NCBI GenBank assembly: GCA_002731825.1
Contig: PCCS01000006.1
Location: forward strand, 99,311 to 163,310
From: Myxococcales bacterium
GTDB taxonomy: Bacteria > Myxococcota_A > Bradymonadia > UBA7976 > UBA1532
Direction of reading: 5' to 3'
Length of the DNA: 64,000 bases
Shown here piece after piece: positions 37,619-45,520 of this stretch. The notes beneath the pieces were generated by a model. The model ran no database searches and was not told the DNA's origin. It saw only the letters and a program-made list of their open reading frames with translations. Made by a program: the position numbers and the translations under genes. How positions within the stretch are numbered: position 1 is the first letter of the stretch; each line of letters starts with the position of its first letter.

Positions 37619-38391
37619 TGAACTCTGTGCGGGTAATCGCGCTTCGACTGGGCTGTGCTTTTGGCATTATCCTGACCATTTTCAGCAGCTATGCAGTCTG
37701 CCAGACGCAGCAACCGAGACCCGTTCAGTATACCCTCGGAAGCCAGCTCATTTTCTGGGTCGGTGGCCTATCCATAATGGTGTTGATGGGCCGGATTATA
37801 TTTAAAGAACAACTCAATGAAAGACGGACTCTGTCCAGACTCATCAAGGAAATAGGGCCGTTTTATCCCGAGTTCGATATCGATCACATCAAGACCTGGG
37901 TTCACCTGTGTGCGCCCCATGTTTGGCAAGGTTTTGTTCATGGTGATTTATCAAAGATCGATCATTTTGTAACCGAGCGTTTCAAACAAGACATGGCCGA
38001 ACACGTTGAGCGAGTCCATGAACAAGGACAAACTCTGGAGTGCGAGTTTGTTGGCGTTTTAAAAGTCCATCCACTGGGCTTGTACATGGTGGGTCAGGGC
38101 CCTGCGCCAAGAGATGTGGAATTGATGCTGCGCTTGGAACAAAAAGCCCTGTATCATTTGGTTGATGCGGGAGGAAAAACTCTAAAGGGTCGATCTCGGA
38201 TGGATCAGGTTCAGCACTTTTGGACTTTAGTACACGATGGCGATTCGTACCGAGTTGATCGGGTTTGGCTGGCCGAACGCGATGCGACAGACTTAGCTGA
38301 GCGCGAATTGCCCCCTGATGTACGCCAATGGACGCGTCCGGAGGTTGCCAACAAAGCCGACCCTGGACCCGACTCGACGAAGAGGTCATGA
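37618..38391 (+). CDS. Tim44-like domain membrane protein (putative).
   Basis: N-terminal TM helices, then a ~150-aa domain whose profile resembles bacterial Tim44-like (PF04280) proteins. The start overlaps the helicase stop (ATGA). Confidence 0.4.
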   Translation: MNSVRVIALRLGCAFGIILTIFSSYAVCQTQQPRPVQYTLGSQLIFWVGGLSIMVLMGRIIFKEQLNERRTLSRLIKEIGPFYPEFDIDHIKTWVHLCAPHVWQGFVHGDLSKIDHFVTERFKQDMAEHVERVHEQGQTLECEFVGVLKVHPLGLYMVGQGPAPRDVELMLRLEQKALYHLVDAGGKTLKGRSRMDQVQHFWTLVHDGDSYRVDRVWLAERDATDLAERELPPDVRQWTRPEVANKADPGPDSTKRS

Positions 38392-38395
38392 GACG

Positions 38396-39229
38396 ATGAA
38401 TCGATTAAGCCTACTCGCCCTTTGGGCCTGTCTATTATTCGCCTGTTCAGAGACGAGCAGCGGGGGGGGAATGTCCATGGCAGACACGGCTGTCGATCCC
38501 CTCAATTTTGATGGTTCAGTCACCCAACTACCGGATTCTGTTGTCCTTGATACGCGCAGTTATTTTCCTGTGGCACCTGGTGCACAATGGCGTTATCGAA
38601 AACAAACCGATGATTGGATGACCCCGCCAGATGAAAACGAGCGAGCCGTCGCGACCCTGACTGCAGGAGATGGGGCTAACGAATACTTGAGGTCGACGAC
38701 AGCATTTCTTGAAATTGAGGTCGATGGTGAGCCGCAGCTGGTGCGTCAGGTTCTCGAAGAGACCTTTGTCATCGAGCCGGCCAATATGAATGTGGGGCCA
38801 GTCCTAAAAATTAAAGCTGTGAAAATAGAAGAATTTTTGGCCTCAGACGACACCGTTTTGACTAAGATTGAGCGGGATTATTTACCGCCCTATACCCTCA
38901 TGGCTGACGCATGGCGAGTGGGCAGTTTCAGTACAAATACCATTGAAGATCACGCCATGACAGAGACCTTGACTCGGGCAGGGGAAGATGAACCTCGAGT
39001 GACGCAATCGAACCTCAGTATTCAGGTTGTCACATCAGTGGAACCCCAGATTATTTTGATGGAGGGCCAATATCGGGAAGGTCTCCGACAAATCGATGTG
39101 TCCGATAGCCTACTGGGTACGAAAAATCGGACCTATTGGGTTCAGCAAGGCGTTGGTATTGTTCAATGGCAATTTCAGCCCACCAACAACCAGGTCTTTA
39201 CTCTGATCGACGCGAGCGTAGAAGATTAA
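38396..39229 (+). CDS. hypothetical lipoprotein
   Basis: MNRLSLLALWACLLFACSE (lipobox). The track ORF opens at 38318. I recognise no domain. Confidence 0.45.
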   Translation: MNRLSLLALWACLLFACSETSSGGGMSMADTAVDPLNFDGSVTQLPDSVVLDTRSYFPVAPGAQWRYRKQTDDWMTPPDENERAVATLTAGDGANEYLRSTTAFLEIEVDGEPQLVRQVLEETFVIEPANMNVGPVLKIKAVKIEEFLASDDTVLTKIERDYLPPYTLMADAWRVGSFSTNTIEDHAMTETLTRAGEDEPRVTQSNLSIQVVTSVEPQIILMEGQYREGLRQIDVSDSLLGTKNRTYWVQQGVGIVQWQFQPTNNQVFTLIDASVED

Positions 39230-40274
39230 CGGCGTCAAATGACAGTTTTGAGGTATCGATGTTGATAATCGCATCGAAAACAATGTCTACGACGCCCGCC
39301 ATGAATTCATAATCAAGGTGCTCGCTCACGTCATGGACCTGGTGGTAGTGAGTGTAACGAAAATTACCTGTGTCGGTCACCATGACGGCATCGATCCCAA
39401 AATCCCAGAAAGACGAATGGTCACTGCGCCGAGAATTGGGGACAGCGTGTCCTGCATCCGAGACCGGAATGGTATGGATCGGTGGTCGATTTGTAGCGCC
39501 GCTTTGGGCTAAAGCGTTCATCAATCTGGGATGCGCTATATCGCCGATGACGGCTATGAAATCTCCGGAGTCTCGTTTCATCCACGTCGGCATAGAGTTG
39601 GGCCACATTTGACATCCACTGTCAGTGCATTTTGAGCCGATCATTTCCAGTATGATGGCGCCGACAAGACGATGGCTCCGTCTATGGTCTTTCAAATAGG
39701 CTTTGCTACCAAGCATGTTCCGCTCTTCTCCATCGAAGAAAATAAACCGATATGTGAACTTGGTCTCGGTGAGTTTCAGGCGACAAGCGATATGGATCAA
39801 GGCCACAACACCACTGGCATTATCGTTGGCACCCGGCGAGTTCTGAACGGTGTCATAATGGGCGCCAACGACGAAAATAGGCGCATCCTTAACGCTCCCC
39901 GTCTTGGTTGCGATAATGTTTAGCCCACCCTCGAAGGTCTGCCGCGCAGGTGCGTATCCACAGCGTGTCATCTCTCGAATAATGTAGCGCCGGGCCCAAT
40001 CGCGCTCAGACTCGGTAAACCTCGGTCTGGACAGAGCGTCAACATGCCTAAGTAATTCAGCTGGATCGCTGACCTCCGTCTTCGATTTGACGACAGGGCG
40101 TTGCAACATATCAAAGACGTGTCTGAGTTTTACCTGTTCGTACTGAAGCTGGTTTAGCTGCCTATTTTTCTCAAAGTAAAACGCCCAAAAAGCCCCTGCG
40201 ATCGCAAACCAAATGGCGCTCAGAAGCCACCAATGTCGAGCGTTTAGCCTTGGCAATTTGCTGTTTCCACTCAT
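39198..40274 (-). CDS. M28-family zinc aminopeptidase (membrane-anchored).
   Basis: An N-terminal TM helix, then metal-ligand contexts VVGAHYDTV, GANDNASGVVALI and FFDGEERNMLGSKAY, typical of M28 peptidases. Confidence 0.8.
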   Translation of the reverse strand: MSGNSKLPRLNARHWWLLSAIWFAIAGAFWAFYFEKNRQLNQLQYEQVKLRHVFDMLQRPVVKSKTEVSDPAELLRHVDALSRPRFTESERDWARRYIIREMTRCGYAPARQTFEGGLNIIATKTGSVKDAPIFVVGAHYDTVQNSPGANDNASGVVALIHIACRLKLTETKFTYRFIFFDGEERNMLGSKAYLKDHRRSHRLVGAIILEMIGSKCTDSGCQMWPNSMPTWMKRDSGDFIAVIGDIAHPRLMNALAQSGATNRPPIHTIPVSDAGHAVPNSRRSDHSSFWDFGIDAVMVTDTGNFRYTHYHQVHDVSEHLDYEFMAGVVDIVFDAIINIDTSKLSFDAVNLLRSRRSE

Positions 40275-40406
40275 TCCAGGTGATAATGAGACTGGTTTTG
40301 CAACCGATCGCGTCTGCTAACGCTCATAGCATAAGACGGATAAATAGTCGCTTTTGTACCGGTATTTGTATACAAAAGAAGAGTCGTATTTGCGGGGACA
40401 AATTAG

Positions 40407-42755
40407 ATGATTGAGACGATCTCAGGCATACCAACAATTGCAAGTTTTGCGCTCCTACTCATGATTGCGGGTGGCGCGTTTGTGATGGCCATCAAGATGC
40501 GGTTTGGGCAGTTAATGCTCGGTAAGCGGCCAGAGATGCGGTGGAATGAGTTTCCGGACCGAATCAAAAATGTCTTCATTTACGTCGTCGCACAAAAGCG
40601 CTTGCCGCGAAATGGCTACCTGTACAGTGGCATTTTGCACATGTTTATTTTCGGCGCGTTCATGGTCTTAAGTGTCGATACGGTGAACTTTGTCACCGAT
40701 GGTATTCTCCAGACTTTGGCCGCTTTTGGCCTCATTGAGCATACGTCGACATTTCACCTGCCCCTGAGCGGCGCTCACGATCTTGGCGGCGCGTATCAGG
40801 CGCTGGCTGACACTTTCCGCTTTCTTTGCATCGTCGGGCTCATCATGGCTTTTGTGAACCGGACTGTAATCAAGCCGGAGAGGTTGCCGCTGACGCGAGA
40901 CGCGATGTACACCATCTTCTTCATTCTTGGCTTGATGGTCTTTGAAGTTGCGCAGCAAGGCTTCAGTATCGCCCACAGCGGTGAGCAGAACGTGGGCCAC
41001 ATTTGGTTCAGCTCAATCTTCGCATCGGCAGTGTCAGGCGTTGATCCCGGCACGCAAGCGATCGGTTATCAAGTGGCTTGGTGGTCTCATTTGGTCACCC
41101 TGCTGGCCTTCACAAATTACGTACCATGGAGCAAGCACAGCCATGTGTTTGCAGCGCCCCTAAACATCTTTTTTATGTCTCTCGAAGCTAAGGGCGCCAT
41201 TCGGAAGATGGATTTGGGGCTGACCGATGAGAATTCGACGACTGAAGAATTCGTTGTCCCCGAGGGAGACGGCGATCTCGAATTCACACTGAAGAATCCG
41301 GCTGAAGACGGAGGCGTGACTCTTTATCTGGGCACAAAGAAGTTTCGAAAGTTTAAATTCAATTCGGACAACAATTCTGTCGTGATTCCTGAGGCAAAGC
41401 GGCCCGAATCGGGCGTGACGCTCAAAGCCGAATACGAGCCGCCAGCACCCGAGTATTTTGGAGCTAGAAATCTCGACGATTTGAGCTGGAAGCAGCTTTT
41501 CGACGGTCTCAGCTGTACCGAATGTGGACGCTGTACGGACAATTGCCCAGCATCGCGAAGCGACAAGCCCCTGAAGCCAATGGACATTATCGTCGATATC
41601 AAACATCACATGGAAGATCGGTTTAACCGTCGAGGTGAAGAGCTGAACTTGGAAGAGGATGAGTCTCTTCTCCTACCGGGAGGTGTCATTGACCCAGACG
41701 TACTCTGGTCATGCACGACTTGCCGGGCTTGCATGGAAGTCTGCCCAGTCGGAAACGAGCACATACCGGACATCATCGATATGAGACGGTATCTGACCAT
41801 GAGTCTTGGAGAAGTGGGTCACGGCAGCCAGAAGGCTTTGAAGGCCATGGAGAGTCGAGCCAATCCGTGGGGTATGCCAACGAGAGAACGTGCTGAGTGG
41901 GCTAAAAACGTTCCAGAAGCAAAGCTCTGGGACCCCGAACAACCCAGCGAATACCTCTATTGGGTGGGGTGTGCAGGGTCGTACGACGACCGAGCTAAGA
42001 AGGTTACGAAATCGGTGACCAGGTTAATGGCAAAAGCGGGCGTTGACTTTGCCATTTTGGGGAACGAAGAAAAATGTACCGGCGATTCAGCTCGCCGGCT
42101 CGGTGACGAGTATCTTTTCCAGAACATGGCCATGGAAAACGTAGAAAACCTAAATGCCAATGGGGTCAAAAAGATTGTCACTCACTGCCCACACTGCCTC
42201 AATACTCTTAAGAACGAATATGCTCAGTTTGGTGGCGATTACGAGGTCATCCATCACAGTGAACTTCTGTCCAAGTTGATGTCAGAGGGCAAGCTTGTTC
42301 CGAAGGCAGACAAAAAAGAGAAGGAAAAGGTCGTCTACCACGATTCCTGCTACTTGGGCCGTTACAACGAAATCTATGACCCGCAGCGAGACATCATTGA
42401 TGCTCTACCGGATGTGGAGCGCGTTGAGACTAAGCGGAACAAGCAAATCGGTCTTTGTTGCGGCGCTGGTGGTGGTCAGATGTGGATGGAAATGAACATC
42501 GGCCAGCGCATGAATAATATCCGAACAGACGAACTCTTAGAGACCGAGCCAAAGGTCATCGCTGTGGCTTGTAACTTCTGCATGACCATGCTCGATGATG
42601 GCGTAAAGTCGAAAGATAAGGCTGACGAAGTCAAGGTGCTCGACCTAGCAGAACTCCTTGCGCAGCGTGTCCTTGGCGACGACATAGACCAGGACTTAGC
42701 TGAACCTGCTGAACCCAGCCCGTCCATAGATGGCGCTGGCGAAGCCGTTGAGTAA
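40407..42755 (+). CDS. Membrane-anchored Fe-S oxidoreductase: an N-terminal NarI/DsrM-like di-haem cytochrome b domain fused to an HdrD/DsrK/GlpC-like domain (2x[4Fe-4S] ferredoxin motifs + CCG domains).
   Basis: Five N-terminal TM helices carrying conserved His. Then CTECGRCTDNCP and CTTCRACMEVCP (CxxCxxCxxxCP x2). Then the CCG-domain motifs CAGSYDD...HCPHC and CCGAGGG...ACNFCM. 782 aa. Confidence 0.8.
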   Translation: MIETISGIPTIASFALLLMIAGGAFVMAIKMRFGQLMLGKRPEMRWNEFPDRIKNVFIYVVAQKRLPRNGYLYSGILHMFIFGAFMVLSVDTVNFVTDGILQTLAAFGLIEHTSTFHLPLSGAHDLGGAYQALADTFRFLCIVGLIMAFVNRTVIKPERLPLTRDAMYTIFFILGLMVFEVAQQGFSIAHSGEQNVGHIWFSSIFASAVSGVDPGTQAIGYQVAWWSHLVTLLAFTNYVPWSKHSHVFAAPLNIFFMSLEAKGAIRKMDLGLTDENSTTEEFVVPEGDGDLEFTLKNPAEDGGVTLYLGTKKFRKFKFNSDNNSVVIPEAKRPESGVTLKAEYEPPAPEYFGARNLDDLSWKQLFDGLSCTECGRCTDNCPASRSDKPLKPMDIIVDIKHHMEDRFNRRGEELNLEEDESLLLPGGVIDPDVLWSCTTCRACMEVCPVGNEHIPDIIDMRRYLTMSLGEVGHGSQKALKAMESRANPWGMPTRERAEWAKNVPEAKLWDPEQPSEYLYWVGCAGSYDDRAKKVTKSVTRLMAKAGVDFAILGNEEKCTGDSARRLGDEYLFQNMAMENVENLNANGVKKIVTHCPHCLNTLKNEYAQFGGDYEVIHHSELLSKLMSEGKLVPKADKKEKEKVVYHDSCYLGRYNEIYDPQRDIIDALPDVERVETKRNKQIGLCCGAGGGQMWMEMNIGQRMNNIRTDELLETEPKVIAVACNFCMTMLDDGVKSKDKADEVKVLDLAELLAQRVLGDDIDQDLAEPAEPSPSIDGAGEAVE

Positions 42756-42781
42756 TCATTCTGAATTCGACCGATAGTCAG

Positions 42782-43822
42782 TTGTTTGGGGATTGTAGAC
42801 CAGGATCTGACAATGCCCCTTATTTGACCTCTGATTTGGTGGGACTTGGCGGCCACTTAACGGGCGAGCCGAGCGATTTTATAGTCGATGAAATCCCCGC
42901 CTATGACGCCTCAGGTCAAGGTGACCACGTCTACATAAATGTTCGTAAGGTTGGTTTGACGACCCCTGAGTTGGTTAAGGCATTTGCCAACTCGTCCGGC
43001 TGCGCGCCCAGTGATATCGGCGTCGCAGGCAGAAAAGATAAGTGGGCTGTCACATCACAGTGGCTGTCTTTGCCGGTCGAGCCAGTCGAGCCTGACGATG
43101 ATCGAATTCGTTTAATCGAGACCAAAAGACACAATCATAAATTGCGACGAGGCCATCTCCGGGGGAATCGGTTTCGTATTAAAATGAGCGGTCTCACAGA
43201 GACGTCAGATGAGTGTATTCAAGCGCTTCTCAGCCGACTTGACCGCGGGGTGCCCAATTATTATGGGCACCAGAGATTCGGAATCTACGGCGATGGTCCA
43301 GATTACAGCCTGAGCCAAATGCGTCGTCGTTCACGTCGAAAGACCCGTGATCTTCGTTTTTCTGCCAGCGTGGTCCAGGGCGCGCTGTTTAACATCTGGT
43401 TAGGTCGGCGAGTGAATGATGGACTCTTTCACACAGCATTGTCCGGTGATGTGTATAAAAAGGTTGAGACGGGGGGCCTGTTTTCGTCTGAAACGCCCCA
43501 AATCGAGCAGCTGCGGCTCGATAAACTGGACATTGATCCAACGGGTCCAATTTATGGACCCAAGATGAGGGCGGCACTGGCAGAGGCAGGCCAGCGCGAA
43601 ATTGCAGTCCGAGACGAAATTGGTTTGACCGAAAAAGATTGGGCGACGTTGGGCCGCTTGGGTAAGGGCAGCAGGCGTTTGGCGCGTGTACGGCCTCAGA
43701 ATTTAAAGGTCGAGGTCGATGGACGCGACTTATTTATTTCCTTCGAATTGCCCTCTGGTTCATATGCAACGGTCATACTTGCAGAGCTGACGCATACCGC
43801 CGACGACCTCAAAGCTAAGTAA
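42782..43822 (+). CDS. truD: tRNA pseudouridine(13) synthase TruD.
   Basis: EPSDFIVDEIPAYDASGQGDHVYINVRK and GRKDKWAVTSQWLSL match the TruD N-terminal blocks, including the catalytic Asp context. 346 aa. Confidence 0.8.
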   Translation: MFGDCRPGSDNAPYLTSDLVGLGGHLTGEPSDFIVDEIPAYDASGQGDHVYINVRKVGLTTPELVKAFANSSGCAPSDIGVAGRKDKWAVTSQWLSLPVEPVEPDDDRIRLIETKRHNHKLRRGHLRGNRFRIKMSGLTETSDECIQALLSRLDRGVPNYYGHQRFGIYGDGPDYSLSQMRRRSRRKTRDLRFSASVVQGALFNIWLGRRVNDGLFHTALSGDVYKKVETGGLFSSETPQIEQLRLDKLDIDPTGPIYGPKMRAALAEAGQREIAVRDEIGLTEKDWATLGRLGKGSRRLARVRPQNLKVEVDGRDLFISFELPSGSYATVILAELTHTADDLKAK

Positions 43823-44516
43823 CATAGGCTGCCGCGAGGATCTGAACGTCCTCAGCACCAGAGCGCTTCAGCACGCGTGTCGCGCTTTTTACTGTCGCTC
43901 CTGTAGTGTACACGTCGTCAACCAACAAAACCCTCTTAGGTGATCTACCGGTTGCCTTAAATGCCCCTTTTAAATTTTGTGATCGCTCAATAGCCTTCAT
44001 TCCGGCTTGGGGCTTGGTATGGGTCTTTCGACTCAAAAGGTGTTTGTTCAATGGCATATTCAACTCAAGGGACAGTTCATGGGCGATGACGAGCGTGGGC
44101 TCAAATCGCTGTCGAGCGGCGCGCCTCCAATGACTTGGTATGGGGACTATAGTCATCGATTTTGATACGTCGATTCGTTCCTGTATAGCCAATGCACAAA
44201 GCTTAGCAACCATTGAGATTGCCCTCGGACAGTCACCATATTTCCCCTTTCGAATGGCATCCCCCACAGGCCCAGCGTAGTCGAACAAACCATGAACTTG
44301 TTCGAAAGGAGGCGGTTTGTCCAAGCATTGTCCACACCGGCTATCGGTTACAGGCCCTGCAAATTGTGCATCGCAGACCCTACATCGGCTGCCTCTTCGA
44401 GGTTCCAAATTGCGCCAGCAAGGCGTACAAAACCCAAAATAACGGAGATTTTCATCGCAACTAAGGCATTTTGAAGAAAAAAAAGCAGAAAAAAAAAGAC
44501 CAAAAAATGCGTCCAT
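43815..44516 (-). CDS. comF: ComF/GntX-family phosphoribosyltransferase-domain protein.
   Basis: An N-terminal double CxxC zinc finger (CLSCDEN...CTPCWRN...CRVCDA...CGQC) and a C-terminal PRTase motif VLLVDDVYTTGATV. Confidence 0.75.
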   Translation of the reverse strand: MDAFFGLFFSAFFSSKCLSCDENLRYFGFCTPCWRNLEPRRGSRCRVCDAQFAGPVTDSRCGQCLDKPPPFEQVHGLFDYAGPVGDAIRKGKYGDCPRAISMVAKLCALAIQERIDVSKSMTIVPIPSHWRRAARQRFEPTLVIAHELSLELNMPLNKHLLSRKTHTKPQAGMKAIERSQNLKGAFKATGRSPKRVLLVDDVYTTGATVKSATRVLKRSGAEDVQILAAAYVT

Positions 44517-44855
44517 TTGCCCACCATTAATGCGTATTCATTCAACCATTCGGAAGAATTGTCTCGGTGTTGCGTATGATTTTCGGGCTATCTCTTTTTT
44601 AATAATATTTTCGATATCTTATAGCTTATGAATCTGGATTAACTTGGATTTTTGAGATTGAAAATTGATCTATCTGGATTAAAAAAAATGGCCGAAAATA
44701 TGACGAATGAGCGCTAACCCCGATAAACACGGGATGATCCGCCAATGAAAAAACTGAAATTTCTTCATTGACACTCAAAAAAATACGTCGATATTCTCCA
44801 CCCACCCAAAAAGACATTTGTCTACAACTCAATACAAAGTGGGAGAAGTAGGGTA

Positions 44856-45140
44856 ATGAGTAAGAAGAAGATTATCGACGCGGTTGCGTTGAAGTATCCT
44901 AACCTGACAAAAGCACAGGTTTCTACAGTGATTGATGCGACGTTCAACACAATTAGCAACGAGTTGAACAATGCAGGCGACAAGTACACGCATCCAGCGT
45001 TCGGTACTTGGACAGTCAAGACTCGCGACGCGCGCATGGGTGTCAACCCAGCAAACCCGAGCGGTCCTAAGATCCAGATTGGTCCTTCAGCGTCTATTGG
45101 TTTCAAGCCATCGACGAACCTGAAGAGCACTTTCAACTAA
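44856..45140 (+). CDS. HU-family nucleoid-associated DNA-binding protein (paralog 1).
   Basis: 94 aa with the HU/IHF fold signature (xFGTWxVKxRxARxGxNPxx, beta-arm), preceded by an AT-rich upstream region. Confidence 0.85.
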   Translation: MSKKKIIDAVALKYPNLTKAQVSTVIDATFNTISNELNNAGDKYTHPAFGTWTVKTRDARMGVNPANPSGPKIQIGPSASIGFKPSTNLKSTFN

Positions 45141-45167
45141 TCAACTGATTGAAGAGGAGATTATAAA

Positions 45168-45452
45168 ATGAAGAAGCAAGACCTCATCAACACAGTTCAT
45201 GAGAATGCTAACATTGAGCTCAGCCGTAAGATTACGGGCGAGATCATTGACACCACTTTCAACGAGATCACTGGTCTTTTGAAGGACGGTAAGTTCACAT
45301 ATCCTGGTTTTGGTACGTTTAACATCCGTGCTCGTGCAGAGCGCCAAGGTGTAAACCCCAGCACCAAGCAAAAGATCACGATTCCAGCAAGCAACACTGT
45401 TGGTTTCAAGGTCGCAACTGGTTGGAAGCGTACGCTTACAGAAAAACTGTAA
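45168..45452 (+). CDS. HU-family nucleoid-associated DNA-binding protein (paralog 2).
   Basis: 94 aa reading GFGTFNIRARAERQGVNPSTKQKITIPASNTVGFKV. It has its own RBS (GAGGAG) and lies 27 nt after paralog 1. Confidence 0.85.
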   Translation: MKKQDLINTVHENANIELSRKITGEIIDTTFNEITGLLKDGKFTYPGFGTFNIRARAERQGVNPSTKQKITIPASNTVGFKVATGWKRTLTEKL

Positions 45453-45487
45453 GCACGCGCTCTGCTAGTTCATCTTCGGATGGAAAA

Positions 45488-45520
45488 AAGCCCGGACATT
45501 GCGTTCGGGCTTTTTTTATT
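45488..45520. terminator. Rho-independent terminator after the HU pair. It is also usable for the convergent minus-strand gene.
   Basis: AAAAAAGCCCGGACATTGCGTTCGGGCTTTTTTTATTTT, a 6-bp GC stem with an 11-nt loop, flanked by an A-run and a T-run. Confidence 0.75.
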
